A stretch of DNA of 64,000 nucleotides from Escherichia coli (GTDB taxonomy: Bacteria > Pseudomonadota > Gammaproteobacteria > Enterobacterales > Enterobacteriaceae). Below are positions 18,547-29,035 of the stretch, one piece after another. Positions within the stretch are counted from its first letter, which is position 1. The number at the start of each line of letters is the position of its first letter. The stretch lies in assembly GCF_009931435.1 (NCBI RefSeq), contig NZ_CP043414.1; one strand, 5' to 3'. The notes under the pieces were generated by a model, which was not told where the DNA came from, did no database searches, and saw only the letters and a list, made by a program, of their open reading frames with translations. Position numbers and translations under genes: made by a program.

Positions 18547-20685
18547 ATGACACCGCATGTGATGAAACGAGACGGCTGCAAAGTGCCGTTTAAATCAGAG
18601 CGCATCAAAGAAGCGATTCTGCGTGCAGCTAAAGCAGCGGAAGTCGATGATGCAGATTATTGCGCCACTGTTGCCGCGGTTGTCAGCGAGCAGATGCAGG
18701 GCCGCAGCCAGGTGGATATCAACGAGATCCAGACCGCCGTTGAAAACCAGCTGATGTCGGGTCCATACAAACAACTGGCTCGTGCTTACATCGAGTACCG
18801 TCACGATCGCGATATTGAACGTGAAAAACGCGGTCGCCTGAATCAGGAGATCCGTGGTCTGGTTGAGCAGACCAACGCCTCGTTGCTCAACGAAAACGCC
18901 AACAAAGACAGCAAGGTGATTCCAACCCAGCGCGACCTGCTGGCCGGGATTGTGGCTAAACACTATGCACGTCAGCACCTGCTGCCGCGTGACGTGGTGC
19001 AGGCGCATGAGCGTGGCGATATTCACTATCACGATCTCGATTACTCGCCGTTCTTCCCGATGTTCAACTGCATGTTGATCGACCTGAAAGGTATGCTGAC
19101 CCAGGGCTTTAAGATGGGTAACGCCGAGATTGAACCACCGAAGTCGATCTCTACGGCAACCGCGGTAACAGCGCAGATTATTGCTCAGGTCGCCAGTCAT
19201 ATTTATGGCGGCACCACCATTAACCGTATCGATGAAGTGCTGGCACCGTTTGTCACCGCCAGCTACAACAAACACCGCAAGACCGCAGAAGAGTGGAACA
19301 TCCCGGACGCCGAAGGTTACGCTAACTCTCGTACCATCAAAGAGTGCTACGATGCCTTCCAGTCGCTGGAGTACGAAGTAAACACCCTGCACACCGCCAA
19401 CGGTCAAACACCGTTTGTGACCTTTGGTTTTGGTCTGGGCACCAGCTGGGAGTCTCGCCTGATTCAGGAGTCTATCCTGCGTAACCGTATCGCGGGCCTC
19501 GGTAAAAACCGCAAAACTGCGGTGTTCCCGAAACTGGTGTTTGCGATTCGCGATGGCCTGAACCATAAAAAAGGCGATCCGAACTACGACATCAAACAGC
19601 TGGCGCTGGAGTGCGCAAGCAAGCGCATGTATCCGGATATCCTGAACTACGATCAGGTAGTGAAAGTCACCGGTTCGTTTAAAACCCCGATGGGCTGCCG
19701 TAGCTTCCTCGGCGTGTGGGAAAATGAAAACGGCGAACAGATCCACGATGGTCGTAACAACCTCGGCGTGATCAGCCTGAACCTGCCGCGCATTGCGCTG
19801 GAAGCGAAAGGCGATGAAGCCACCTTCTGGAAGCTGCTGGATGAACGTCTGGTGCTGGCACGTAAGGCGCTGATGACCCGTATCGCTCGTCTCGAAGGCG
19901 TTAAAGCGCGCGTGGCCCCGATCCTCTATATGGAAGGTGCTTGTGGCGTTCGTCTGAATGCTGACGACGACGTTTCTGAAATCTTCAAAAACGGTCGTGC
20001 GTCTATTTCGCTGGGTTACATCGGCATCCACGAAACCATTAACGCGCTGTTTGGCGGCGAGCATGTGTATGACAACGAGCAGCTGCGCGCGAAAGGTATC
20101 GCCATTGTTGAACGTCTGCGTCAGGCGGTGGATCAGTGGAAAGAAGAAACGGGTTACGGTTTTAGCCTTTACAGCACGCCAAGTGAAAACCTGTGCGACC
20201 GCTTCTGCCGTCTCGATACCGCGGAGTTTGGCGTGGTGCCGGGCGTGACTGATAAAGGTTACTACACCAACAGTTTCCACCTCGATGTCGAGAAGAAGGT
20301 GAACCCGTACGACAAGATCGACTTTGAAGCGCCTTACCCGCCGCTGGCGAACGGTGGCTTCATTTGCTACGGCGAATATCCAAACATTCAGCACAACCTG
20401 AAGGCGCTGGAAGATGTCTGGGATTACAGCTATCAGCATGTACCGTATTACGGCACCAATACGCCGATTGATGAGTGTTACGAGTGTGGTTTTACCGGTG
20501 AGTTTGAGTGCACCAGTAAAGGCTTCACCTGCCCGAAATGCGGTAACCATGACGCCTCCCGTGTGTCGGTGACTCGCCGCGTGTGCGGATATTTAGGTAG
20601 CCCGGATGCGCGTCCGTTTAACGCTGGTAAGCAGGAAGAAGTTAAGCGCCGCGTTAAACATTTGGGAAATGGGCAGATCGGTTAA
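18547..20685 (+). CDS. nrdD: Anaerobic ribonucleoside-triphosphate reductase
   Basis: 712 aa, MTPHVMKRDGCKVPFKSERIKEAIL..., C-terminal glycyl-radical region and Zn cysteines. Confidence 0.97.
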   Translation: MTPHVMKRDGCKVPFKSERIKEAILRAAKAAEVDDADYCATVAAVVSEQMQGRSQVDINEIQTAVENQLMSGPYKQLARAYIEYRHDRDIEREKRGRLNQEIRGLVEQTNASLLNENANKDSKVIPTQRDLLAGIVAKHYARQHLLPRDVVQAHERGDIHYHDLDYSPFFPMFNCMLIDLKGMLTQGFKMGNAEIEPPKSISTATAVTAQIIAQVASHIYGGTTINRIDEVLAPFVTASYNKHRKTAEEWNIPDAEGYANSRTIKECYDAFQSLEYEVNTLHTANGQTPFVTFGFGLGTSWESRLIQESILRNRIAGLGKNRKTAVFPKLVFAIRDGLNHKKGDPNYDIKQLALECASKRMYPDILNYDQVVKVTGSFKTPMGCRSFLGVWENENGEQIHDGRNNLGVISLNLPRIALEAKGDEATFWKLLDERLVLARKALMTRIARLEGVKARVAPILYMEGACGVRLNADDDVSEIFKNGRASISLGYIGIHETINALFGGEHVYDNEQLRAKGIAIVERLRQAVDQWKEETGYGFSLYSTPSENLCDRFCRLDTAEFGVVPGVTDKGYYTNSFHLDVEKKVNPYDKIDFEAPYPPLANGGFICYGEYPNIQHNLKALEDVWDYSYQHVPYYGTNTPIDECYECGFTGEFECTSKGFTCPKCGNHDASRVSVTRRVCGYLGSPDARPFNAGKQEEVKRRVKHLGNGQIG

Positions 20686-20704
20686 TCTTCACTCTGCGCT
20701 AAGC

Positions 20705-20800
<96 letters not shown>

Positions 20801-20819
20801 TGATAAGCCAGGCGAAATA

Positions 20820-21284
20820 ATGAATTATCATCAGTACTATCCTGTCGACATCGTCAACGGCCCCGGCACTCGCTGCACCCTGTTTGTCTCCGGGTGTGTT
20901 CATGAATGCCCCGGTTGCTATAACAAAAGCACCTGGCGGGTAAATTCCGGTCAGCCATTTACCAAAGCAATGGAAGACCAGATCATTAACGATCTGAATG
21001 ACACCCGCATCAAACGCCAGGGTATTTCCCTCTCCGGCGGCGATCCGCTGCATCCGCAAAACGTGCCGGATATTCTGAAACTGGTACAACGCATCCGCGC
21101 CGAATGTCCTAGTAAAGACATCTGGGTGTGGACAGGCTATAAACTCGACGAACTCAACGCTACGCAAATGCAGGTTGTTGATTTGATTAACGTGCTGGTC
21201 GACGGCAAATTTATGCAGGATCTAAAAGACCCTTCCCTGATCTGGCGCGGCAGCAGCAATCAGGTGGTGCATCATTTGCGTTAG
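20820..21284 (+). CDS. nrdG: Anaerobic ribonucleotide reductase activating protein (radical SAM)
   Basis: 154 aa from ATG 20820 (MNYHQYYPVDIVNGPGTRCTLFVSGCVHECPGCYN...). Confidence 0.95.
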   Translation: MNYHQYYPVDIVNGPGTRCTLFVSGCVHECPGCYNKSTWRVNSGQPFTKAMEDQIINDLNDTRIKRQGISLSGGDPLHPQNVPDILKLVQRIRAECPSKDIWVWTGYKLDELNATQMQVVDLINVLVDGKFMQDLKDPSLIWRGSSNQVVHHLR

Positions 21285-21524
21285 TCACTCACCCAGTCGG
21301 ACCTTAATGGCCTCCTGTGGGTTGGCCAGTCGTTCCCTGACAGTGCGTAACAAGGCTTCTTCACTATCACTGACAGTGAGCGTTTTTACCGGCATTCGTC
21401 CATTTTCCGCAACGTACTGAAACAGCAGCCGCACTGCTTCAGTAGGCGTGATGTTTAATTTTTCCAGCACCGCATAAGCCTCATTTTTCAGTTTGTCATC
21501 CAGGCGGACGTTAAGTGTGGCCAT
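21285..21524 (-). CDS. DinJ/RelB-like ribbon-helix-helix protein (orphan antitoxin-like)
   Basis: 79 aa, MATLNVRLDDKLKNEAYAVLEKLNITPTEAVRLLFQYVAENGRMP... resembles the DinJ N-terminus; SD ggagg 5 nt upstream of the ATG; stop abuts the nrdG stop. Confidence 0.5.
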   Translation of the reverse strand: MATLNVRLDDKLKNEAYAVLEKLNITPTEAVRLLFQYVAENGRMPVKTLTVSDSEEALLRTVRERLANPQEAIKVRLGE

Positions 21525-21549
21525 TATGCCTCCGGTAATTATGAAAAGT

Positions 21550-21580
21550 GTAATGCATTATAGCAGTACATATGCATTAC
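21550..21580. promoter_or_regulatory. Inverted repeat upstream of the DinJ-like ORF (candidate autoregulatory operator)
   Basis: gtaatgcat...atgcattac arms with 13-nt spacer, including the 10-bp palindrome taatgcatta, about 30 bp upstream of the start. Confidence 0.4.
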
Positions 21581-21681
21581 ATTCATTTCTGGAAAACGCC
21601 TCGCAAAAATGAGGATGACACGCAGGATTATGTCGTGGTGAAGATAGATATTGCGGTGATTTTTCGAAGGGTAAGAAAGCG

Positions 21682-21707
21682 TTGGGCGGTAACGTTTCAC
21701 CGCCCAA
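21682..21707 (-). terminator. cybC intrinsic terminator
   Basis: Hairpin ttgggcgg...ccgcccaa immediately downstream of the cybC stop. Confidence 0.55.
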
Positions 21708-21714
21708 TAAGGAA

Positions 21715-22104
<390 letters not shown>

Positions 22105-22284
22105 TCACTTCCTTTTTTATTTACACTTCATCCTTCACACTGCCTCATCGACGGCTACGCTCATTCGACCGGGTCACGTACTACGAGTACGCTCCCCGGC
22201 TCTCATTCACTTTCCGTCTCGATGCAGCGCGAATGATTTTGTGTAATTTTTTAGTTTATGGCGCGGCAGGTCGCGCCAGCTTTT

Positions 22285-23637
22285 TTACTGCCCGGCGATT
22301 TTCATCTCCGGCAACAGCACAGAACCACACTGTATATTGCTGCGTGTTTCAATATCGTTACCGACGGTGACAATATTGCGCCACATATCTTTTAAATTAC
22401 CTGCGATGGTGATTTCGCTAACCGGATACTGAATTTCGCCATTCTCTACCCAGAAGCCCGCAGCACCACGGGAATAATCACCGGTAATGGCACTCACGCC
22501 CTGGCCCATCAGCTCCGTCACCACCAGCCCGGTGCCCATCTCTTTGAGCATTTGTTCGAAGCTTAGCCCTTGCCCGGCAATCCGCCAGTTGTGAATACCG
22601 CCCGCATGTCCGGTGCTTTTCAGCCCCAGTTTCCGCGCCGAATAGCTGGTCAGCAGCCACTGAGTCAGGATACCATCTTTGACGATATCGCGGCGCTCGG
22701 TGCGCACACCTTCGCTGTCGAATGGTGTAGATGCCAGCCCTTTCAGCAAATGCGGATGCTCTTCAATGGTCAGCCAATCCGGCAGAATTTGTTTACCCAG
22801 CGAATCCAGCAGGAAGGTGGATTTACGGTAAACCGATCCACCCGCTATCGCCCCCACCAGATGCCCAAAAAGTCCGGTTGCCACTTCATTGGCAAAAATT
22901 ACCGGCGCTTTCATGGTGGAAAGTTTACGCGGTGACAGGCGCGATAAAGTACGACGAGCACAATCGGCCCCGACCCACTCTGGCGTCTGCAGATCGCTCA
23001 TCGCGCGACCAATGGTGTAGGCGTAATCACGCTCCATATCGCCATTTTCTTCGGCAATTACGCAGCTTGAGAGTGAATGACGCGTTGAGCAATAACCCTG
23101 CAACATGCCGTGGCTGTTGCCAAAAACTTTTACGCCGTAGTGGCTGTTAAAACTGCCACCTTCGGTATTGGTAATACGCTTGTCCGCCTGTAATGCTGCC
23201 TGTTCTGCGCGAGCCGCCAGTTCAATAGCTTCATCCGGGGAAACTTCCGCAGGGTGAAACAAGTCGAGATCCGGCGCGTCAAAGGCCAGCAGCTCTTTGT
23301 CTGCCACGCCGGCACAGGGATCTGGCGAGGTATAACGGGCAATATCCAGCGCTGCCTGTACGGTGCGGGCAATGGCCTGCGGACTTAAATCGGTAGACGA
23401 TGCGCTGCCTTTGCGGTTCTGGTGATAAACAGTGATCCCCAGCGCGCCATCGCTATTGAATTCGACATTCTCCACTTCGCCATATCGCGTGCTAACGCTA
23501 ATGCCGGTGGTCTTGCTGACGGCAACTTCCGCACCGTCCGATTTGCCTGAGGCCAACTCCAGCGCAGTGGAAACTGCTTCTTCCAGAATCTTGCGCTGCG
23601 CTTCAACTTGAGAGATTACTTTCATTGCAAGTGCCAT
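22285..23637 (-). CDS. pmbA: Metalloprotease PmbA (TldE)
   Basis: 450-aa ORF; recalled as PmbA by sequence and position. Confidence 0.93.
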   Translation of the reverse strand: MALAMKVISQVEAQRKILEEAVSTALELASGKSDGAEVAVSKTTGISVSTRYGEVENVEFNSDGALGITVYHQNRKGSASSTDLSPQAIARTVQAALDIARYTSPDPCAGVADKELLAFDAPDLDLFHPAEVSPDEAIELAARAEQAALQADKRITNTEGGSFNSHYGVKVFGNSHGMLQGYCSTRHSLSSCVIAEENGDMERDYAYTIGRAMSDLQTPEWVGADCARRTLSRLSPRKLSTMKAPVIFANEVATGLFGHLVGAIAGGSVYRKSTFLLDSLGKQILPDWLTIEEHPHLLKGLASTPFDSEGVRTERRDIVKDGILTQWLLTSYSARKLGLKSTGHAGGIHNWRIAGQGLSFEQMLKEMGTGLVVTELMGQGVSAITGDYSRGAAGFWVENGEIQYPVSEITIAGNLKDMWRNIVTVGNDIETRSNIQCGSVLLPEMKIAGQ

Positions 23638-23730
23638 AATGTAGAGAGTTTCTCTGAAGTCTAACAGAGAACCGTTTTTCAGTGCGCATCTTAACTGGTA
23701 ACATTAGCCTCTTTTTTTAAGGAGCCTGAG

Positions 23731-24282
23731 ATGACTAAGCAGCCCGAAGACTGGCTCGACGACGTTCCCGGTGATGACATCGAAGACGAAGACGATGAAA
23801 TTATCTGGGTCAGTAAAAGTGAAATTAAACGTGATGCCGAGGAGCTAAAACGCCTTGGCGCAGAAATTGTTGATCTGGGGAAAAACGCACTGGATAAGAT
23901 CCCGTTAGACGCGGATCTGCGTGCGGCTATTGAGCTCGCCCAGCGTATTAAGATGGAAGGTCGCCGCCGCCAGTTGCAGCTCATCGGTAAGATGCTGCGC
24001 CAGCGCGACGTAGAACCGATCCGTCAGGCGCTGGATAAGCTGAAAAACCGCCACAACCAGCAAGTGGTGTTGTTCCATAAACTGGAAAACCTGCGCGATC
24101 GTCTGATCGAGCAAGGTGATGACGCCATCGCTGAAGTATTGAATCTGTGGCCCGATGCCGATCGTCAGCAACTGCGTACTCTGATCCGCAACGCGAAGAA
24201 AGAGAAAGAAGGGAATAAGCCGCCGAAATCCGCGCGCCAGATTTTCCAGTATCTGCGTGAGTTAGCGGAAAACGAAGGGTAA
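23731..24282 (+). CDS. yjgA: Ribosome-associated protein YjgA (DUF615)
   Basis: 183 aa, [35 protein letters not shown]... Confidence 0.9.
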   Translation: MTKQPEDWLDDVPGDDIEDEDDEIIWVSKSEIKRDAEELKRLGAEIVDLGKNALDKIPLDADLRAAIELAQRIKMEGRRRQLQLIGKMLRQRDVEPIRQALDKLKNRHNQQVVLFHKLENLRDRLIEQGDDAIAEVLNLWPDADRQQLRTLIRNAKKEKEGNKPPKSARQIFQYLRELAENEG

Positions 24283-24307
24283 TTTTCGTTGTTGATGTGA
24301 GTATGGT

Positions 24308-24432
24308 TTGCCGGATGCGGTGCACCTGTAGGCCTGATAAGACGCATCAAGCGTCGCATCAGGCACTATGCTCAAATGCCGGATGCGGCGTGAACGCCTT
24401 ATCCGGCCTACACACACTATATCAGGCTGAGG
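24308..24432. repeat. BIME/REP cluster between yjgA and mpl
   Basis: Multiple gccggatgcgg...ccttatccggcctaca units. Confidence 0.75.
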
Positions 24433-24437
24433 CAGAA

Positions 24438-25811
24438 TTACTGCGCGGCTTCCGCTTTCTTCGCTAGCCCATCCAGCAGTTTCTGATGAATTCCACCAAA
24501 ACCGCCGTTGCTCATCACCAGAATATGGTCGCCAGGCTGAGCGGTTTTCACCACCATATCTGCCAGCGTATCAACATCGCCACTCCAGTGTGCAGGCTGA
24601 ACGCAGGCTTCTGCCACTTCTGCGACCTGCCACGGAATATGCGCCGGTTGCAGCAGGAAGACTTCATCGGCACGACCTAATGAAGGTGCCAAATCGTCTT
24701 TGCAGATCCCCATTTTCATGGTGTTTGAGCGCGGTTCCAGCACGGCAATAATGCGCGCCGTACCGCCAACTTTGCCGCGCAGCGCAGCCAGCGTTGCCAG
24801 AATCGCCGTCGGGTGATGGGCAAAATCGTCATACACCGTCACGCCATTTGCTTCTCCGCGCAACTCCAGACGACGACGAGCGTTAATAAACGAACCCAGC
24901 GCGTTAGCAGCATCTGCCGGCGCTACGCCAACATGACGGGCCGCCGCAATCGCCATCAGGCCGTTGTGCATATTATGTTCGCCCACCAGCGACCATTTCA
25001 CTTCGCCCACTTTTTCGCCATCCAGCAAGACTTCCCATTCGGAAGCGTCAGTGGTCAGCTTTTTCGCCTGCCAGTGCCCCTGCTCGCCCACCAGCTCCTG
25101 CTCGCTCCAGCAGCCCATCGCCATGGTTTGTTTCAGGTTGATGTCGTTTTCCGGCCAGATAATACGCCCCTGCCCCGGAACGATACGCACCAGATGGTGG
25201 AACTGTTTCTGGATCGCTTTCAGGTCGTCAAAGATATCGGCATGATCGAACTCAAGGTTGTTGAGGATCAGCGTACGCGGGCAGTAATGGACAAATTTAG
25301 AGCGTTTGTCGAAGAAGGCGCAGTCATACTCATCCGCTTCGATAACAAAGAAGTCGCTTTCGCCTAAACGTGCCGAAACGTCAAAGTTCCCCGGAACACC
25401 GCCGATCACAAAACCCGGTTTATAGCCACACTGTTCCAGAATCCAGGTCGCCATTCCCGCCGTGGTGGTTTTGCCGTGTGTACCGGCAACGGCCAACACC
25501 CAGCGGTCACGCAGCACAAAATCGTGCAGCCACTGCGGGCCAGACATATAAGGGATGTTTTTTTCCAGTACCGCTTCCACACACGGATTTCCACGGGTCA
25601 TGGCGTTGCCAATGATCACCAGATCCGGCTGCGGGTCGAGCTGGCTGGCATCGTAACCCTGAATCAGTTCAATGCCTTGCTTCTCAAGTAAGGTGCTCAT
25701 CGGCGGATACACATTGGCGTCCGAACCCGTTACTTCATGGCCTAACTGGCGCGCCAGCATCGCCAGACCGCCCATAAACGTGCCACAAATTCCTAAAATA
25801 TGAATGCGCAT
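24438..25811 (-). CDS. mpl: UDP-N-acetylmuramate:L-alanyl-gamma-D-glutamyl-meso-diaminopimelate ligase
   Basis: 457 aa, MRIHILGICGTFMGGLAMLARQLGHEVTGSD... (Mur ligase family). Confidence 0.95.
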   Translation of the reverse strand: MRIHILGICGTFMGGLAMLARQLGHEVTGSDANVYPPMSTLLEKQGIELIQGYDASQLDPQPDLVIIGNAMTRGNPCVEAVLEKNIPYMSGPQWLHDFVLRDRWVLAVAGTHGKTTTAGMATWILEQCGYKPGFVIGGVPGNFDVSARLGESDFFVIEADEYDCAFFDKRSKFVHYCPRTLILNNLEFDHADIFDDLKAIQKQFHHLVRIVPGQGRIIWPENDINLKQTMAMGCWSEQELVGEQGHWQAKKLTTDASEWEVLLDGEKVGEVKWSLVGEHNMHNGLMAIAAARHVGVAPADAANALGSFINARRRLELRGEANGVTVYDDFAHHPTAILATLAALRGKVGGTARIIAVLEPRSNTMKMGICKDDLAPSLGRADEVFLLQPAHIPWQVAEVAEACVQPAHWSGDVDTLADMVVKTAQPGDHILVMSNGGFGGIHQKLLDGLAKKAEAAQ

Positions 25812-25986
25812 ACGTCACTATCCTTTTTTAATCTGGCGCTCATTTTACGCATATGTCGGGCAAGTGAGAAACGCATTTCAGGATAATCCGTAATTTGCTG
25901 GCGCGATTCACCTGAGCGCAACATTGAGATTATTTGTTAAGATTGTTGCGGTCGCTTTACTCCATAAACATTGCAGGGAAAGTTTT

Positions 25987-26985
25987 ATGAAAACGTTAGG
26001 TGAATTTATTGTCGAAAAGCAGCACGAGTTTTCTCATGCTACCGGTGAGCTCACTGCTTTGCTGTCGGCAATAAAACTGGGCGCCAAGATTATCCATCGC
26101 GATATCAACAAAGCAGGACTGGTTGATATCCTGGGTGCCAGCGGTGCTGAGAACGTGCAGGGCGAGGTTCAGCAGAAACTCGACTTGTTCGCTAATGAAA
26201 AACTGAAAGCCGCACTGAAAGCACGCGATATCGTTGCGGGCATTGCCTCTGAAGAAGAAGATGAGATTGTCGTCTTTGAAGGCTGTGAACACGCAAAATA
26301 CGTGGTGCTGATGGACCCACTGGATGGCTCGTCCAACATCGATGTTAACGTCTCTGTCGGTACCATTTTCTCCATCTACCGCCGCGTTACGCCTGTTGGC
26401 ACGCCGGTAACGGAAGAAGATTTCCTCCAGCCTGGTAACAAACAGGTTGCGGCAGGTTACGTGGTATACGGCTCCTCTACCATGCTGGTTTACACCACCG
26501 GATGCGGTGTTCATGCCTTTACTTACGATCCTTCGCTTGGCGTTTTCTGCCTGTGCCAGGAACGGATGCGCTTCCCGGAGAAAGGCAAAACCTACTCCAT
26601 CAACGAAGGAAACTACATTAAGTTTCCGAACGGGGTGAAGAAGTACATTAAATTCTGCCAGGAAGAAGATAAGTCTACCAACCGCCCGTATACCTCACGT
26701 TATATCGGTTCACTGGTCGCGGATTTCCACCGTAACCTGCTGAAAGGTGGGATTTATCTCTACCCAAGCACCGCCAGCCACCCGGACGGCAAACTGCGTT
26801 TGCTGTATGAGTGCAACCCGATGGCGTTCCTCGCGGAACAAGCGGGCGGTAAAGCGAGCGATGGCAAAGAGCGTATTCTGGATATCATCCCGGAAACCCT
26901 GCACCAGCGTCGTTCGTTCTTTGTCGGCAATGACCATATGGTTGAAGATGTCGAACGCTTTATCCGTGAGTTCCCGGACGCGTAA
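25987..26985 (+). CDS. fbp: Fructose-1,6-bisphosphatase class 1
   Basis: 332 aa from ATG 25987 ([26 protein letters not shown]...). Confidence 0.97.
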
Positions 26986-27017
26986 TCTCCTGCGCCTCTC
27001 CATACGGAGAGGCGTTT

Positions 27018-28013
27018 TTATCGCTGCGCAATATTGACTCTTGTCACTGGCGAACTCTGGCGATTCTCCCACAGCACCGTTAATCCACGCTGTAAGGCAA
27101 TAAAAATGAACAGCAAAATGCCGATGGCGATTTTCGTCCACCAGGAACTCAGCGTACCGTCAAAGTTGATATATGTCTGAATCAGTCCCTGAATCGCCAC
27201 GCCAAAAAGCGTCCCAAGTACTGTTCCAACGCCACCGCTCAAAAGTGTACCGCCAATCACCACTGAGGCGATAGCGTCCAGTTCCACACCTACGCCCGCC
27301 AGCGCATATCCGGCTTGGGTATAAATCGAGAAAACAATCCCCGCCAGTGTTGCCAGCCCGGTGGAGAGCATATAAATGCGAATAGTGGTGCTGCGAGTGG
27401 AAATGCCCATCAGGTTCGCCGACGTCGCGTTGCCACCAATGGCGTATACCTGATTACCAAAACGGGTACGATGCGCGAGGAATATGCCGATAACTACCAC
27501 CGCCAGCATCAGTAGCCCCATCGCACTTAAGCGACCGCCACCAGGGATTTTCCATGCAAGGCTTGAGAGCGTGTCATAAACAGGATGGTTTATCGGGATC
27601 GATTCTTCCGAAACGAGATAGCTGACGCCGCGCAAAAAGAACATTCCTGCCAGGGTAATGATAAACGCCGGGATCTTCAGGGCGTCGATCAAAAGCCCCA
27701 TAAATGCGCCGAAGGCACAGCCCATCACCAGCACCAGTGGAAACGCCAGCAGCGGCGAGAGGCCGAAATCGCCAATCACCTTTGCCAGAAACACCCCAGT
27801 AAAGGCGATCACCGAACCGACGGAGAGATCGATCCCTCCGGAGAGGATCACAAAGGTCATGCCGACGGCAATAATCCCCAGAAAGGCGTTATCGGTCAGG
27901 ATATTGCAGATCACTCTTGTGGAAGCAAAACCGGGGAACTGCGTCAGGCAGTAGAGATAGCCCAACACAAAGACGCCGATGGTGATCATCAGTGGCAAGT
28001 TACGTTTTATCAC
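27018..28013 (-). CDS. yjfF: Sugar ABC transporter permease (galactofuranose system)
   Basis: 331-aa polytopic permease; last gene of the ytfQRT-yjfF operon. Confidence 0.9.
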   Translation of the reverse strand: MIKRNLPLMITIGVFVLGYLYCLTQFPGFASTRVICNILTDNAFLGIIAVGMTFVILSGGIDLSVGSVIAFTGVFLAKVIGDFGLSPLLAFPLVLVMGCAFGAFMGLLIDALKIPAFIITLAGMFFLRGVSYLVSEESIPINHPVYDTLSSLAWKIPGGGRLSAMGLLMLAVVVIGIFLAHRTRFGNQVYAIGGNATSANLMGISTRSTTIRIYMLSTGLATLAGIVFSIYTQAGYALAGVGVELDAIASVVIGGTLLSGGVGTVLGTLFGVAIQGLIQTYINFDGTLSSWWTKIAIGILLFIFIALQRGLTVLWENRQSSPVTRVNIAQR

Positions 28014-29025
28014 GGCTACGCACTCCTTTAATCAGACTGATAAAGCGTTGCGACTGAACAATCAGCACGCAAAGCACCACCACCGCTTTCACCACCTGGT
28101 TCATCTCCGGCGGAAAGCCAGAAAGCAAGATCCCGGTGTTCATCCCCTGAATAATCAGCGCCCCTACCACTGAGAGCAGCAGGTTAAAGCGCCCGCCCAT
28201 CAGCGATCCACCGCCAATCACCACCGCAAGAATGGCGTCCAGTTCCAGCCATAACCCGGCGTTATTGGCATCGGCACCGCGAATATCCGCCGCCACGATA
28301 ATGCCCGCAATCGCCGCACATAGCCCGCTCAACACGTAGGTGAGCATGACGATGATCCGCGTGTTGACTCCGGCATTTTTTGCCGCCCGAATGTTGATAC
28401 CAACAGCTTCGATAAACATCCCCAGTGCCGTTTTGCGGGTCAACAGCCAGAACAGAAGAAGCGTCAGCACCGCAATAATGACTGGCGTTGGCAGGAACAA
28501 CAGCGATCCGCTGCCAAACCATGAGAGATCCGGCGAGTTAAACGTGACGATCTGCCCGGAGGTGATCAGTTGCGCCACGCCGCGCCCGGCGACCATCAGG
28601 ATCAGGGTGGCGACAAACGGCTGAATTTTGAGGATCGCTACCAGTATGCCGTTCCACAATCCCGCCAGGATGCCGGTGCCCAGGGCGCTTAACAAAACAA
28701 TCGGCAGGCTGAATCCCGCGACCGTCATCGCAGCCGTTGTGGCTCCGGCGATAGCCATCACCGCCCCTACGGAGAGATCGATACCACCGGTGGCGATAAC
28801 CAGCGTCATGCCAATCGCCAGTAGCGCAACCGGGGCGGCGCGATTAAGAATGTCGATGGGGCTACCGAACAAACGCCCATCCTGAAGCACCACCTGCCAG
28901 AAATGCGGGGCCACCAGGCTATCGACCAGCAGCACCAGCAATAGCGCCGCCAGCTGCGGCATTCCCGTTGGCCAGCGAAAGCGCCTTTTCGACGGCGTAG
29001 TGTCCGGGAGAGATTGAGGCATCAC
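28000..29025 (-). CDS. ytfT: Sugar ABC transporter permease
   Basis: 341 aa from GTG 29025 (MMPQSLPD...), SD aaggag upstream; the track ORF starts 7 codons earlier; 14-nt overlap with yjfF. Confidence 0.88.
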   Translation of the reverse strand: MMPQSLPDTTPSKRRFRWPTGMPQLAALLLVLLVDSLVAPHFWQVVLQDGRLFGSPIDILNRAAPVALLAIGMTLVIATGGIDLSVGAVMAIAGATTAAMTVAGFSLPIVLLSALGTGILAGLWNGILVAILKIQPFVATLILMVAGRGVAQLITSGQIVTFNSPDLSWFGSGSLLFLPTPVIIAVLTLLLFWLLTRKTALGMFIEAVGINIRAAKNAGVNTRIIVMLTYVLSGLCAAIAGIIVAADIRGADANNAGLWLELDAILAVVIGGGSLMGGRFNLLLSVVGALIIQGMNTGILLSGFPPEMNQVVKAVVVLCVLIVQSQRFISLIKGVRSRDKT

Positions 29026-29035
29026 ACAGTTCTCC

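Noticed and set aside
18595-20550. Very long (651-aa) minus-strand ORF
   Set aside because: Antisense to nrdD, whose plus-strand product is an unmistakable class III ribonucleotide reductase; the translation is low-complexity and R/V/H-rich, typical of a reverse-frame artifact.
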